NCBI GenBank assembly: GCA_050184115.1 | Contig: JBFXAQ010000014.1 | Span: forward strand, 30,925-94,924 | DNA length: 64,000 nucleotides | DNA from: Gammaproteobacteria bacterium | Lineage (GTDB): Bacteria; Pseudomonadota; Gammaproteobacteria; Ga0077536 | Direction of reading: 5' to 3' | Shown: positions 44,720-55,920 of the stretch, piece by piece | How the letters are laid out: the number at the start of each line of letters is the position of its first letter | How positions within the stretch are numbered: position 1 is the first letter of the stretch | Notes under the pieces: model-generated | The model's input: the letters and a program-made list of their open reading frames with translations, nothing else | What the model was told of the DNA's origin: nothing | Database searches by the model: none | Program-made: the position numbers and the translations under genes

Positions 44720-46012
44720 TCAGCAACCGCAACGTCGCGCGGCAGCCTTCCCCGCGACCATGCCCGTCGCCAGGCACCCCGTCAGCAGGTAACCCCCCGT
44801 CGGCGCTTCCCAGTCCAGCATCTCGCCGGCGACGAAGACACCGGGTTTCGCGTGCAGCATCAGCCACTCGTCGCACCCGGCGAAACGCACGCCGCCGGCG
44901 GTGCTGATGGCCTCTTCGACCGGGCGTGGCGCGGTGAGGACAAAGGGGGCCGCCTTGATGTGCGCGGCGAGGGCAGCGGGATTGCTGCGCCATTGCTCCG
45001 GCAGGACTTCGAACAGCAGCGCCGCGCGGATGCCGTCGAGGTATACGCTGCGGCGCAGGTGCTCACCGACGCTGCGCTTGCCGCGCGGGCGGGCGAGGGC
45101 GGCTTCCAGCGCGTCGGGCGAGTGCCCGGGCGCGAGGTCGATGCGCAGGGTGGTCGTCCCGTTGGCGGCGATGGCCTCGCGCAGCCAGCGCGAGAGGGCA
45201 TAGACGCAGACACCTTCGAAGCCGTATTCGCTGATCACGAGATCGCCTGGCGCGCGGCGGACGCGGCCCGCGGCATCGGTGCATTCGAGCACGACGTTCT
45301 TGGCGACCTGCCCGGCATGTCGCTCGCGCAAATGCACGCTGAACCTGCATTCGAAGCCGCAATTGGCCGACGCCAGAGGCGCGATGTCCACGCCCTGTGC
45401 TTCCAGCAGGGCGACCCAGCCACCGTCGGAACCCAGCCTCGGCCAGCTCGCGCCGCCCAGTGCCAACACGGTCGCGCGCGGTGTGACGCGCACTTCACCA
45501 ACCGGGGCATCGAACAGCAGGTCGTCGCCGTCCCAGCCGGCCCAACGATGGCGGGCATGGAAGCTGACGCCTGTACGGCGCAGCCGTTCGAGCCAGCGCC
45601 GCAGCAGCGGTGCGGCCCTCATGTCCGCGGGGAACACGCGGCCCGAAGAGCCGACGAAGGTGTCGATGCCGAGCCCGGCCGCCCAGGCGCGCACGGCGCG
45701 GGTGTCGACGGCTTCGAGCGCCGCGCAGAGCGCTGCCGGCAGGTCGTCGCCGTAGCGTGCGAGCAGCCTGTCGCCGGCTTCTTCGTGGGTGAGGTTGAGC
45801 CCGCCCTTGCCGGCGAGCAGGAACTTGCGCCCGCAGGAGGCCATGGCGTCGTAGACGGCGACCGTGGCGCCGCCGGCGGCGGCGGCCTCTGCCGCCATCA
45901 GCCCGGCCGGGCCACCGCCGATGACGGCGACGTCGCAGTCGAGCGGGGCGCATGGTGGGCGGGGCTCGGTCACGCGGCTGTCGACGGTATTGGCGCCGAC
46001 GGTGTCTGACAC
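44720..46012 (-). CDS. HI0933/BaiN-like NAD(P)/FAD-dependent flavoprotein (TIGR03862-like)
   Basis: Dinucleotide-binding DVAVIGGGPAGLMAAEAAA and C-terminal ...GEMLDWEAPTGGYLLTGCLATG are typical of the HI0933-like family. Confidence 0.65.
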   Translation of the reverse strand: MSDTVGANTVDSRVTEPRPPCAPLDCDVAVIGGGPAGLMAAEAAAAGGATVAVYDAMASCGRKFLLAGKGGLNLTHEEAGDRLLARYGDDLPAALCAALEAVDTRAVRAWAAGLGIDTFVGSSGRVFPADMRAAPLLRRWLERLRRTGVSFHARHRWAGWDGDDLLFDAPVGEVRVTPRATVLALGGASWPRLGSDGGWVALLEAQGVDIAPLASANCGFECRFSVHLRERHAGQVAKNVVLECTDAAGRVRRAPGDLVISEYGFEGVCVYALSRWLREAIAANGTTTLRIDLAPGHSPDALEAALARPRGKRSVGEHLRRSVYLDGIRAALLFEVLPEQWRSNPAALAAHIKAAPFVLTAPRPVEEAISTAGGVRFAGCDEWLMLHAKPGVFVAGEMLDWEAPTGGYLLTGCLATGMVAGKAAARRCGC

Positions 46013-46064
46013 CTGCCACGGAAGGCGTCAGACACCCGAAGCAGGCGGTGCGTGTGCTGCCCGC

Positions 46065-47411
46065 TCAGGGTGTGAAGAACTCGCAGCCGGTCTTGGCCTT
46101 CACTTCGTCCAGCGTCACGCCGTCGTGCAGTTCCTTCAGCACCAGGCCCTCGCCGTCCGGCAGCACTTCGAACACGCACAGATCAGTGATGATCATGTCG
46201 ACCACGTTCTTGCCCGTGATCGGCAGCGAGCAGTGCTTGAGGATCTTCGGCGTGCCGTCCTTCGCGCAGTGGTCCATCAGCACGATCACGCGCTTGACGC
46301 CGGAGACGAGATCCATCGCGCCGCCCGGGCCCTTGACCATCTTGCCCGGCACCATGAAGTTGGCGAGGTCGCCGTTCTCGGCCACCTCGAGGCCGCCGAG
46401 GATCGAAAGGTCGACGTGACCGCCGCGGATCATGGCGAAGGAGTCGGCACTGGAGAAGAAGCTCGAACCGGCAATGGCGGTGATGGTCTGCTTGCCGGCG
46501 TTGATGAGATCGGCGTCGACATCCGCTTCCTCGGGGAAGGGGCCGATGCCGAGCAGGCCGTTCTCCGACTGCAGGGTGACGTTGACGCCCGCGGGAATGA
46601 AGTTGGCAACCAGCGTCGGGATGCCGATGCCGAGGTTGACGTAGAAACCGTCCTTCAATTCCTGCGCGGCGCGTTTCGCCATCATGTCGCGGGTCGGAGA
46701 ACCGCCCTTCGCCGGCGTGCCGGCGACGGTGCGGAACTCGATGCGCTTCTCGTAATCGCGCCCCTGGATGATGCGGTCGACGTAGATGCCCGGGGTGTGG
46801 ACCTGGTCGGGGTCGAGTTCGCCCACCTCGACCAGTTCCTCGACCTCGGCGATACAGACCTTGCCGCAGGTCGCGATCGTCGGATTGAAGTTGCGCGCGG
46901 CCTTGCGGTACACCAGGTTACCGGCCTTGTCGCCCTTCCACGCCTTGACGATCGCGACGTCGGCGCGGATGCCTTGCTCGAGCACGTACTCGACGCCGTC
47001 GAACACCTTGACCTCCTTGCCCTCGCCGAGCGGCGTGCCGAAGGCCGTGCGGGTGTAGAAGCCCGGGATGCCGGCGCCACCGGCGCGCAGGCGCTCGGCC
47101 AGCGTGCCCTGCGGGGTGAGGTGCAGCTTGAGTTCGCCGGCCAGCACCTGGCGCTCGAACTCCTTGTTCTCGCCGACGTAGGAGGCGATGACTTCCTTCA
47201 CCTGGCGATTGTTGAGCAGGAGGCCCATGCCGAAGCCGTCGACGCCCGCGTTGTTGCCGACGATGGTCAGGCCCTTGATGCCGGACGCGGCGAGCGCGGC
47301 GATGAGGTTCTCGGGGATGCCGCACAGGCCGAAGCCGCCGGCGGCGATGGTGATGTCGTCCCGGAGGACGTCTTGGAGCGCCGACGTGGCGTCCGGGAAG
47401 ACCTTGTTCAT
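46065..47411 (-). CDS. 3-oxoacid CoA-transferase with fused A and B subunits (SCOT-like)
   Basis: A-subunit ([14 protein letters not shown]...) and B-subunit (…[11 protein letters not shown]… catalytic Glu region) in one continuous 448-aa reading frame. Trimmed from ORF 46065..48134. Confidence 0.75.
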   Translation of the reverse strand: MNKVFPDATSALQDVLRDDITIAAGGFGLCGIPENLIAALAASGIKGLTIVGNNAGVDGFGMGLLLNNRQVKEVIASYVGENKEFERQVLAGELKLHLTPQGTLAERLRAGGAGIPGFYTRTAFGTPLGEGKEVKVFDGVEYVLEQGIRADVAIVKAWKGDKAGNLVYRKAARNFNPTIATCGKVCIAEVEELVEVGELDPDQVHTPGIYVDRIIQGRDYEKRIEFRTVAGTPAKGGSPTRDMMAKRAAQELKDGFYVNLGIGIPTLVANFIPAGVNVTLQSENGLLGIGPFPEEADVDADLINAGKQTITAIAGSSFFSSADSFAMIRGGHVDLSILGGLEVAENGDLANFMVPGKMVKGPGGAMDLVSGVKRVIVLMDHCAKDGTPKILKHCSLPITGKNVVDMIITDLCVFEVLPDGEGLVLKELHDGVTLDEVKAKTGCEFFTP

Positions 47412-47590
47412 CTGCTGGGCCCCTTGGAACCTGGCGCGCCCACGGCGCGGCGTGTCGAACGATGGCGAAGGGCCTGCGCCACCGAACGGGTCGCTCTCGC
47501 GGACGGGTGGAAGCGCGGGCCGCGCGGCGGACGGGCCGCGGCGGCCGCGATTATAGCGAAGCTGCGTGCGCCTTCGGCGCCGGGCCGGGT

Positions 47591-48034
47591 TCAGCCGTTC
47601 AGGCTGGACACGAGCGTCGGCGAGAGCTGGCCGTCGACGGGCAGTCCTCGGTCCGCCTGGTAGGCGCGAATGGCCTGGCGCGTCTTCGGCCCGACCACGC
47701 CGTCGACCGGGCCCGGGTCGTAGCCGCGCGCGGCGAGCCGGCCCTGGACGTCGGCAACGAGGTGGTTGAGTTCGCGTGCCTGGCTGCTCTGCTTCCACGC
47801 CGGGTCGCCCATGTCGACCTGCGACTTGTCGGTGAAGATGCCGGTCAGGGCACCACCAGCCGCGCCGAGCGCAGCGGCTTCCAGCACCGAGAGCCCGGTC
47901 ACCGCGCCGATGATGGCGCCGGCGCCGGCGCCGATGCCGGCGCCGCTGAGGCCGCGATCCTGGGCGGTGGTACCGCAGCCGGCGGTCGTGGCGAGCGCCA
48001 GGGCCAGCGCGGCGGTCTTCGTCATCGTGATCAT
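47591..48034 (-). CDS. Lipoprotein with glycine-zipper and C-terminal peptidoglycan-binding (PG_binding_1) domain
   Basis: Lipobox [24 protein letters not shown] glycine zipper. PGB motif ...[58 protein letters not shown]. Confidence 0.7.
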   Translation of the reverse strand: MITMTKTAALALALATTAGCGTTAQDRGLSGAGIGAGAGAIIGAVTGLSVLEAAALGAAGGALTGIFTDKSQVDMGDPAWKQSSQARELNHLVADVQGRLAARGYDPGPVDGVVGPKTRQAIRAYQADRGLPVDGQLSPTLVSSLNG

Positions 48035-48227
48035 GATTCCCTCCTGCGTAGCGGTTTTCTTCTGGCGACGCGAGGTGTGCGTCGTGCCCGCAACCATGGC
48101 CAATCAGCCGCCACCAGCGCGTGACGGCGCGCACGCCGCGGCTGTCGCGCGGGCGGGTTCCCGGGCGAAACGTGAAGAGGTCGCGATTTCGTCGCCGTCG
48201 CCGGCGAGGCGAGTTCCTTACAGGCGC

Positions 48228-48875
48228 TCAGGTCTGGGTGTCGTCGAGACCCTGCTCGATGGCGTAGTGGACGAGGTCGGCCGTGCTGGTCAGGCCGAGC
48301 TTCTTGAGCAGGCGGGTACGGTGGGTGCTGACGGTCTTGATGCTGAGCGAGAGGTCGGCGGCGATGCGCGAGACGGTGTGGCCGCTGGCGAGCAGGCGCA
48401 GGATCTCGAATTCGCGGTTGGACAAGCGGTCGTGATCGCTGGCGTGCTGCGGATCGTCGGCAACCTGGCGGCTCATGCGTGGCGACAGGTAGCGTTCACC
48501 GCGACCCACCCGGCGCAGCGCGGAGACCACCTCGCTCGGCGGCGCGCTCTTCATCAGATAGCCGGCGGCACCGGCGCGCAGCGCGCGCAGCGCGTACTGC
48601 TCCTCCGGAAAGCGCGAATAGATGAGCACCGGCACGCGCGCGGCCACCGCGCGCATGCGGCGCAGGATCTCGACGCCGCTGCGCCCGGGCATGGCCATGT
48701 CGAGGGTGACGAGGTCGAGTAGCATCGATTCCAGGCAACGCACACCTTCGATGCCCGAGGTAGCCTCGGCGGCGATGGTGATGTCGTCGATGTCGGCCAG
48801 GATCTGGCGCAGACCGAGGCGGATGAGCGGGTGGTCGTCGACCACCAGCAGGCGCAGCGGCGTTGGCGCGTTCAT
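48228..48875 (-). CDS. NarL/FixJ (LuxR)-family response regulator
   Basis: REC domain (LLVVDDHPLIRLGL...) plus LuxR HTH (LSNREFEILRLLASGHTVSRIAADLSLSIKTVSTHR). Confidence 0.85.
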   Translation of the reverse strand: MNAPTPLRLLVVDDHPLIRLGLRQILADIDDITIAAEATSGIEGVRCLESMLLDLVTLDMAMPGRSGVEILRRMRAVAARVPVLIYSRFPEEQYALRALRAGAAGYLMKSAPPSEVVSALRRVGRGERYLSPRMSRQVADDPQHASDHDRLSNREFEILRLLASGHTVSRIAADLSLSIKTVSTHRTRLLKKLGLTSTADLVHYAIEQGLDDTQT

Positions 48876-51043
48876 GCGCCGAGGCCCGCGCGCCCGCCCT
48901 CGATGGCGTAGAGCGCGGTGCGTTCGCCGGCTGCTCGTGAAGTCAGTGGCAGGCGGGCGACGAGCCGCGCGCCACCCTGTTCGCGTCGACCCTCGGCGGT
49001 GAAGTCGCCACCGAGGTTGGCCATGCGCTCGGCCAGTCCGCGCAGGCCGTGACGGGGTTCGCCGCCAACCGTGCCTTCGGCGAAACCACGGCCGTCGTCC
49101 GCGACACTGAGTGTCACGGCGTCGTCATCGGCTTCGAGCGCGACTTGCACGTGGCGCGCTGCGGCGTGCCGCGTGACGTTGGTCAGGCCTTCCTGCAGCA
49201 CGCGGAACAGGGCCAGCGACTGCTCGGGGGAGAGTTCGGGCACTGCGCCGAGCTTGAGCGAGCAGGCCAGCCCCGAGCGCGCCTTGAAGTCGTCGACGTA
49301 CCACTCGAGAGCTGCCGACAGGCCGAAGTGATCGAGGATGGGCGGATGCAGGCCATCGACGATGCGATCGGTGGCGGCCGAGGCCCGTTCGACCAGCTCG
49401 TGCAGGCGGTCGAGCAGCACGCGGGTCTTCTCCGCCTCGTCGGCGGTGAGGTCATCGAGCGCGAACACCGTGTTGCCCATGACCGTCAGGATGGCGCCGA
49501 ATTCGTCGTGGACCTCGCGGGCGAGGCGGCTGCGTTCGTCCTCCTGCACGCGCTGCAGGGCGACGTAGGCCGCGCGCAATTCGTCGCGCGAGCGGGCCAG
49601 TGCCTCCTCGGCCTCCTTGCGCCGGGTGATGTCGGTGACGTGGCAGACGTAGGCCGCGCCGTCGGGCGCGCCGCCGCCGAGCGCGGTGGTCGAAACCAGC
49701 ACCTGCAGGGCGCGCGGGCGGCCGCAGACGATGCGTCGTTCCTCGGTCTCGCCCGGTACCGGCGTCCACACGCGGCCGTCGCCATCCGCCAGCAGGCGAG
49801 CGAAGTTCTCGCCCACCAGCTCGGCCGCGCATCCACCGAACAGGGCGCAGCCGCCGGGATTGACCTTGAGGATGGCGAGGCTGCCGTCGAGCACGATGAC
49901 GCCACCCGGCAGCGCGGTCAGGATCTGGTCGAGGTAGGCGCGCGAAACGGTGGCGCGTTCGAGGCGCGCGGCCATGTCGTTGAAGGCGGCGCCGATCTCA
50001 CCGAGTTCGTTCTTGGCGCGCAGGTTGACGCGCTGGGCGAGGTCGCCGCGACCGGCGCTGCGCAGTGCCACGACGAGCTGGCTGACCGGGCGCAGGAAAT
50101 TGCGCACCACCGCCCAGGCGGCGCCGGCACACAGCAGGATCATGGCCGAGAGCAGCAGCGTGACGCGGGTGCGGGCCTCGGCGATGCGTTGACCGACCGC
50201 CTGCTCGGCGCGTTCGACCTGGCCGCGCGCGGCGCTGGCGAGACGATCGTGGATCAGGGCGCGCAGCTGGTCGCGGCGGGCATAGACCACGCCGAGCGCG
50301 GCGTCGACATCGCGTTGCCGTTCGAGCGCCTCGCGCGCGGTGTGGCGCAGGGCGCGCAACTGCTCGCGCAAGGTGGTGATGAAGGGTGCCTGCGGGTGCA
50401 GGCCGCTCTGCGTGGCGGCCAGCACCAGGCGGTGTTCCAGCGTACGCAGCGCAATCTCGAGGCTGGCCGCGTGCACCGCGTCGGGTGCACCGACGTAATC
50501 GTGCAGGCGCCGTTCGATGTCGAGCGCGGCAGTGCGCAGCTCGTGTTCGGTGGCGATGTCCGCGCCCGCATCGCGGATCAGCTCGTCGGCGCGCAGCGCG
50601 AATTCACCGACCTGTTCCTCGAGCCCGGCCAGCGGGATGGCGTCGGCGGCCAACGCGGCGAGCAGGGCATCCACCGCGAGCAGGTAATCGCCGTGCAGCG
50701 TGGCGGCCTGCGCGGCCAGGCCCTGCGCCTCGCTGCTGGCGGCATTGCGACCATAGGCCTCGAGTTCGCGGGCGAACGTGCGGGCGTCGTGGTCGCGCGC
50801 GTACTGCGCGTGGCGTTCTGGGGCGTTGCGCAGGCGACGCAGGCTGGCCGCGCTCTCGGTGATGAGGTTTTCCAGTTCCTGCGCCGAACCGAGCATGTCG
50901 TAGCCGCCGGTCACGGCATGCTCGAGGGTGTCCTGAATGTGACTGATCTCGCGCTGGAGGAAGGCGTAGGCGCTGAGACAGGTCAGGAACGCAATGCCGA
51001 AGATCAGGCCGAGACGGGTGGCCAGTTGGCTGCGACGCCGCAT
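48872..51043 (-). CDS. Sensor histidine kinase (periplasmic helical sensor, HAMP, PAS, HisKA_3, HATPase_c)
   Basis: HisKA_3 H-box REVHDEFGAILT and HATPase_c C-terminus. Overlaps the cognate LuxR-type RR by ATGA. Confidence 0.8.
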   Translation of the reverse strand: MRRRSQLATRLGLIFGIAFLTCLSAYAFLQREISHIQDTLEHAVTGGYDMLGSAQELENLITESAASLRRLRNAPERHAQYARDHDARTFARELEAYGRNAASSEAQGLAAQAATLHGDYLLAVDALLAALAADAIPLAGLEEQVGEFALRADELIRDAGADIATEHELRTAALDIERRLHDYVGAPDAVHAASLEIALRTLEHRLVLAATQSGLHPQAPFITTLREQLRALRHTAREALERQRDVDAALGVVYARRDQLRALIHDRLASAARGQVERAEQAVGQRIAEARTRVTLLLSAMILLCAGAAWAVVRNFLRPVSQLVVALRSAGRGDLAQRVNLRAKNELGEIGAAFNDMAARLERATVSRAYLDQILTALPGGVIVLDGSLAILKVNPGGCALFGGCAAELVGENFARLLADGDGRVWTPVPGETEERRIVCGRPRALQVLVSTTALGGGAPDGAAYVCHVTDITRRKEAEEALARSRDELRAAYVALQRVQEDERSRLAREVHDEFGAILTVMGNTVFALDDLTADEAEKTRVLLDRLHELVERASAATDRIVDGLHPPILDHFGLSAALEWYVDDFKARSGLACSLKLGAVPELSPEQSLALFRVLQEGLTNVTRHAAARHVQVALEADDDAVTLSVADDGRGFAEGTVGGEPRHGLRGLAERMANLGGDFTAEGRREQGGARLVARLPLTSRAAGERTALYAIEGGRAGLGA

Positions 51044-51265
51044 GAAAGCTACCTCGCGGGAATCGTGTGGGAACGCGGAATGGACGGGGCGGGATGGGAG
51101 CCGGCCGCGGCGGCTCCGTCCAGGGACGCGCGGCGGCGCGAGTGTAGTGCATGGGCGCCCCGCCGGCGAGCGGCAATCCGTTGATCGGGGTCAAGCGGCC
51201 CGCGTGCGCGGCCGCTAACCGGCGGTGTATCCCCAAGAGCCTGATCGTTCACACGACCATTCCCG

Positions 51266-52228
51266 GTGATGTCGCAAGCTCCCGAATCCGCCCAACCCGC
51301 CGCGCCGCCCCTCGAGGACGTCGGCCGCGACGAGCTGCTCGCTTGCGTGCGCCTGCTCGCCACCAGCGTCGCCGACCACCGCGAACGCTTCGGCGCGGTG
51401 GCCATGGACCTGTCCGCTCGCCACGTCGACTCGCGCGCTCCGGCCGCCCAGGGCCCGTTGGCCGAGGCGCTTGCCTTGGTCCGCATCGCTTTGCCCGAAG
51501 CCGGGCAGTTGCCGGCGGTAGAACCGCTCGGCGACCTGCGTCGCCAGCATCGCATCAACCTCCATGCCGCGGTGGCGGTGCTGGACGACGCCCGCACGCG
51601 GCGCGTCCCGGCAGAGCTGCGCAACATTTCCTGGGGCGGTGCCGCCCTGCGCTGCCCGTCGATGCCGGCAAACCCCGGCGAACACGTGTGGTTGGAGTTG
51701 CCGGCCGGATTCGAGCGCGAGATCCCCGTGCGTGCCGAGGTCGTGCGACGCACCCGGATCGGCGAGGTCGAGGAATACGGTCTGCGCTTCGTCGCCCTCG
51801 ACCCGGCTGACGAACCGCGCTTTCGCCGCGTGCTGGAGATCCTCCTCGACCAGCCCGACGCCGACGGGCGCCGCGCCGAGCCACGACTCGTGCAGCGCCT
51901 CGAAATCGAGTACGGCGACGCCGGCGAACTGCGTGCGACCTTGGAGGACATTTCCGCCGGCGGTCTGCAACTCGTCGTACCCGACCCGCTGGAGCTGCAG
52001 CAGACCATCCTCATCGTGCTGTCCAGTGCCGATACGGCGCGCACGCTGGAGCTGCGCGCGCGGGTGGTGCACCAGGCCTGTGCGGACGAGGATGGCGTGG
52101 CGTTGTACCGCGTAGGTCTCGCCTTCGAGCATGCCGATGCGGCGCTGCGCGAACAACTCGGTGAGCTTATCCGGGCCCTGGCCCTGCAGGCGCCGGCGCG
52201 CGGCGCGCCGGCGGCGGGCAAGGTTTGA
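51266..52228 (+). CDS. Tandem PilZ-domain (c-di-GMP-binding) protein
   Basis: Two PilZ signatures: RRVPAELR...NISWGGAAL and RLVQRLEIEY...DISAGGLQL. Confidence 0.6.
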   Translation: MMSQAPESAQPAAPPLEDVGRDELLACVRLLATSVADHRERFGAVAMDLSARHVDSRAPAAQGPLAEALALVRIALPEAGQLPAVEPLGDLRRQHRINLHAAVAVLDDARTRRVPAELRNISWGGAALRCPSMPANPGEHVWLELPAGFEREIPVRAEVVRRTRIGEVEEYGLRFVALDPADEPRFRRVLEILLDQPDADGRRAEPRLVQRLEIEYGDAGELRATLEDISAGGLQLVVPDPLELQQTILIVLSSADTARTLELRARVVHQACADEDGVALYRVGLAFEHADAALREQLGELIRALALQAPARGAPAAGKV

Positions 52229-52270
52229 ACGGCAGGCGGGCGCGGCGGCGAACCGCCACGCCCGCGACCG

Positions 52271-54676
52271 TCACACCGTGGCGGCGTGCTCGGCGTAATC
52301 GATCTTCTCGGAGATGAGTTGATGTTCGGACGCGATGAATTTCGGCTTGATCCACCACACCATCAGTGGCAACACCAAGAGCGAGATCACCATGTTGATG
52401 GTCATGACCATGACCAGCAGCAGGCCCATGTCGGAGAGGAACTTGAGATCCGACAGGAAGTACCACGGCAGGATCGAGATCAGCACGATCGTCGCGGTGA
52501 AGGTGATGGCCTTGCCCGAGGTGGTGATGGCGCGGTCGATGGCCTCACCGTAGTGCTGCGAGTCCTGGAACTCCTCGCACATGCGGCTTAGCAGGTAGAT
52601 GCCGTAGTCGATGCCGACGCCGATGCCGATCGAGGCGATCGGCAGGCTGTTGACGTCGAGACCGATGCCGAGCGTCACCATCGTGGCATCGAGCAGCACG
52701 TTCGACAGGTTCACCGGCACCAGCAGGATGATGCCCGCCATCGGCGAGCGGTAGGCGAAGCTGCAGACCAGGAACATCAGTCCGTTGAGCAGGGCGAGGA
52801 TGGTCAGGCGGTTCTGCGCGACGACGTCGTTGACCGACTGCTGCAGCGCGATCGCCCCGGTGCCCATGCGGATGGTGAAATTGGTGTGCTCGAGGCCGAC
52901 CTTGTCCAGCACCTCGCGCGCCTGCCTGAGCGCGAGGTCGACGGTCTCCTGCTTATTGTTCTTGTACCACAGTGACAAGGTGCCGTTCTGCAGGCCGAAG
53001 TCCATGACGTGGCTGTAGGCCTTGGGACTCGAGCCCAGCATCAACGCGTTGACCGAAGCGTTGGACGCCTCGTCGGTGGGATCGATCGGCGCCCACTTGG
53101 GGTTGCCGCCGGCGAAGATGCGGTTGGCCTCCGGCAGGTAGTCGGCGAACGACAAGGTCGCTTCCGGCGGTTGCGGGTAGGATTCGAGCAGGCGCTGCAT
53201 CTGGTGCATCGTCGTCATCGTTTCCGATTCCTGCAGGATGCGGTTGGCCTTCTTGCCGCCTTTGCCCTCGAACACGATCTCGAGCGTCATGAGCCCCGGG
53301 AAGTGCGAGTTGATGGCGCGCACCGCGGTGTTGAACTCCGAGTCGTCGAACAGCAGGTTGCTGCCCTCGACCGGGTTGCCGACCTGCATCAGTGACTGGA
53401 TGTAGAAGCCACAGGCGAAGATGACGACGAATATGCCGGTCGTGAGCGGCGCGCGGCTGCCGTGACTCAGACTCGCGACGCGTCTCAGAATGCCGATGAG
53501 ACGCGTGTGCCAGGTGACCTTGTCGGTGTGCCCGGTGAGGACATCGACGTTCTTCGGCGTCGGCAGGTAGGAAGCGAGGATCGAGGCCAGGAATACGTCG
53601 GTCGGAATCAGGCACAGCGCCCAGAAGCCGCAGAAGATGGCGAAGCGCTCCATCACCGGGATCGGCGCGACGGCGATCAGGAACAGGCACATCATGTCGG
53701 TAACGATGCCGAGAATGCCCGGTGCCATCATCACGCCGAGCGAGATCTGCGCCGCCTTGCGCTTGTCCTTGACCTCGTAGAGCACCTCGTAATAGCGCTC
53801 GAGATACTGTACGCAGTGGCTGAAGGCGCGCGCGATGAGCAGCATCGGCACGACCATGATCAGCGGTTCGATGGGCTGATGGATCCAGCCGGTCAGACCG
53901 AAGCCCCAGATGCCACCGACGATGGACACCGCGATGGGCGCGACCACGCCCGGCAGGTTGCGCATGTAGAGGACGAGCGAGACGATCAACAGGGTCGCCG
54001 TGATGGCGAAGATGGTCAGCATCTGCACCTGGTAGGTATAGACCCAGCCGGTCAGCATGGGCTGGCCGGCGGCGTAGATCTCGTGATGTTCGTCGCGCTC
54101 GCGCTCGACCAGCTTCTGCACGTAGTCGAAGGTCTTGCCATAGTCGAGGCTGAACTCGATGAAGGTCGCGGTGACGAGCGTTGCCGTCTCGTCCTCAGAG
54201 ATGAGGAATTTGCGCACGTTGTTCGAGCGGTCGACGCGGTGCTTGAACTCCGCCATCGCCTCGGGTGAATCCGGCACGCTGTCTTCCATCATCGGCTTGA
54301 TATCGACACCGTAGGGTGTGGCCTCGGCGTAGCGCGCCTTCTCCGAGGCCAGCGAGAGAATCTGGTCGTGGTCGACGGACGGGGCGAGGTCGATGTCGCG
54401 CGTCATGCGCCAGACCTTGTTCAGCGTCTCGTGGTTGTAGATGTCACCACGCTTGTTCTTGATCATGATGGTGATGGTGAGCGGATTACCGAAGTTGCGG
54501 TGATCCTGGAAGGTCTGCACGTACGGGTGGTTCTTCGGGAACAGGTCCGAGAAGATGGTGCGGATGTCGACGTCCTTCAGTCCGTAGAGGAAGAACGCGG
54601 TGATCGCCATCAGAATGGCGAGCGAAATGTGCCGGTAACCGATGATCAGCGCGGCTATGCGATGTCGGATGCCCAT
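52271..54676 (-). CDS. RND-superfamily exporter (MMPL/HpnN-like, sterol-sensing-domain type)
   Basis: 801 aa with two 6-TM bundles separated by large periplasmic loops. Sequence resembles MMPL/HpnN-type RND transporters. Confidence 0.65.
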   Translation of the reverse strand: MGIRHRIAALIIGYRHISLAILMAITAFFLYGLKDVDIRTIFSDLFPKNHPYVQTFQDHRNFGNPLTITIMIKNKRGDIYNHETLNKVWRMTRDIDLAPSVDHDQILSLASEKARYAEATPYGVDIKPMMEDSVPDSPEAMAEFKHRVDRSNNVRKFLISEDETATLVTATFIEFSLDYGKTFDYVQKLVERERDEHHEIYAAGQPMLTGWVYTYQVQMLTIFAITATLLIVSLVLYMRNLPGVVAPIAVSIVGGIWGFGLTGWIHQPIEPLIMVVPMLLIARAFSHCVQYLERYYEVLYEVKDKRKAAQISLGVMMAPGILGIVTDMMCLFLIAVAPIPVMERFAIFCGFWALCLIPTDVFLASILASYLPTPKNVDVLTGHTDKVTWHTRLIGILRRVASLSHGSRAPLTTGIFVVIFACGFYIQSLMQVGNPVEGSNLLFDDSEFNTAVRAINSHFPGLMTLEIVFEGKGGKKANRILQESETMTTMHQMQRLLESYPQPPEATLSFADYLPEANRIFAGGNPKWAPIDPTDEASNASVNALMLGSSPKAYSHVMDFGLQNGTLSLWYKNNKQETVDLALRQAREVLDKVGLEHTNFTIRMGTGAIALQQSVNDVVAQNRLTILALLNGLMFLVCSFAYRSPMAGIILLVPVNLSNVLLDATMVTLGIGLDVNSLPIASIGIGVGIDYGIYLLSRMCEEFQDSQHYGEAIDRAITTSGKAITFTATIVLISILPWYFLSDLKFLSDMGLLLVMVMTINMVISLLVLPLMVWWIKPKFIASEHQLISEKIDYAEHAATV

Positions 54677-55068
54677 GTGATGAGTGCCCCGTGCGAGAAG
54701 GAAGCGGCCGTGGCCGCACCGTGCGGTGTCGACATGGGACCACGACCACCGACGCGGGTCGGGACGCGCCGTACGGCCGTCCCGTGTCTCCCCTCGCGGC
54801 AGCGGCCGGGAGCCGCATGCAGGTACCGCTTCCAGGTCGCCGCCGTGACGGTGTGCGACCGTGCCGGGTGGTTGCCGCTTCGCCCTCCCCAGGGTGAATT
54901 GCGCGGTCTACCCGGCGTGTCCCCGGATTCTGCACACGGGCCGCGCGGCGATCGACGCCAGCGCGGCGCGATCGCCGTAGGACGAATCCGATAGTCTCCC
55001 GCCCGCCTGCGCTTGCGGCGCTCTCCTCCCTTCATCTAAGGTCGCCCGGGTTACTCCGGGGAGGTTCC

Positions 55069-55920
55069 ATGCAGCACTACCAGACCACGCCGTTCGTCGG
55101 CGATTTCGTCTTTCTCGAGGGGCCGCGCTGGCACGACGGCCGCCTGTGGGTGTCCGACATCTGGGGGCACACCGTCTACGCCATCGGTCCCGACGGCACG
55201 CGCGAGGCCGTCGTCGAGGTGCCGGAACGCCCGTCGGGCCTAGGCTTCCTGCCCGACGGCACGCCGCTCATCGTCTCGATGGTCGACCGCCGCCTGTACC
55301 GCCTCGAAGGCGGGCAGCTGGTGCTGCATGCGGATCTCGCGGGCAGCATTCCGGCTGAGATCAACGACATGGTGGTCGACGCCCGCGGCCGCGCCTACGT
55401 CGGTAACATGGGGTACGACCTCTTCAGCGGCGCTGAGCCGAAGACGGCCGAGATCACCCTGGTCGAGCCGGACGGCAGCTTCCGTCACGTCGCGAGCGGC
55501 CTCGATTTCCCCAACGGCATGGTGATCACGGACGCCGGCCGGACCCTGGTGGTGGCGGAATCCTTCGGTCACCGCGTATCGGCCTTCGATATTGCCGCCG
55601 ACGGTGGCCTGTCCAACCGCCGTGTGCTGGCCGAATTGCCGGACCTCATCCCCGACGGCATCTGCCTCGACGTCGCCGGCAACGTGTGGGTGGCCGGTGC
55701 CATGGGCGGGCTCTTCGTCCAGCTCGACCCGGGCGGCAAGGTCATCGGCCAGGTCGACGTACGTCCGCGCGCGGCAATCGCCTGCCAGCTCGGCGGCGCC
55801 GACGGCCGCAACCTCTACTGCCTCGTCTACGACGGCGGCATCGAAGAGTTGTCGCGCGGCCAGCCGGGGGCGTCGATCGAGATCGCGCGGGTGGAGCATC
55901 CGGCGGCGGGGTCGCCCTGA
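55069..55920 (+). CDS. SMP-30/gluconolactonase/LRE-like (SGL) beta-propeller protein
   Basis: FLEGPRW...DIWGHTVYAIGPDG...PNGMVITDAGRTLVVAES...PDGICLD motifs. Confidence 0.75.
   Translation: MQHYQTTPFVGDFVFLEGPRWHDGRLWVSDIWGHTVYAIGPDGTREAVVEVPERPSGLGFLPDGTPLIVSMVDRRLYRLEGGQLVLHADLAGSIPAEINDMVVDARGRAYVGNMGYDLFSGAEPKTAEITLVEPDGSFRHVASGLDFPNGMVITDAGRTLVVAESFGHRVSAFDIAADGGLSNRRVLAELPDLIPDGICLDVAGNVWVAGAMGGLFVQLDPGGKVIGQVDVRPRAAIACQLGGADGRNLYCLVYDGGIEELSRGQPGASIEIARVEHPAAGSP

Noticed and set aside
54677-55068. Long 390-bp intergenic region upstream of the RND exporter and SGL genes, checked for riboswitch or small ORFs
   Set aside because: Only a local hairpin (GGGACG...CGTCCC) is present. There are no recognisable motifs, repeats or RBS-led ORFs, so nothing can be supported.
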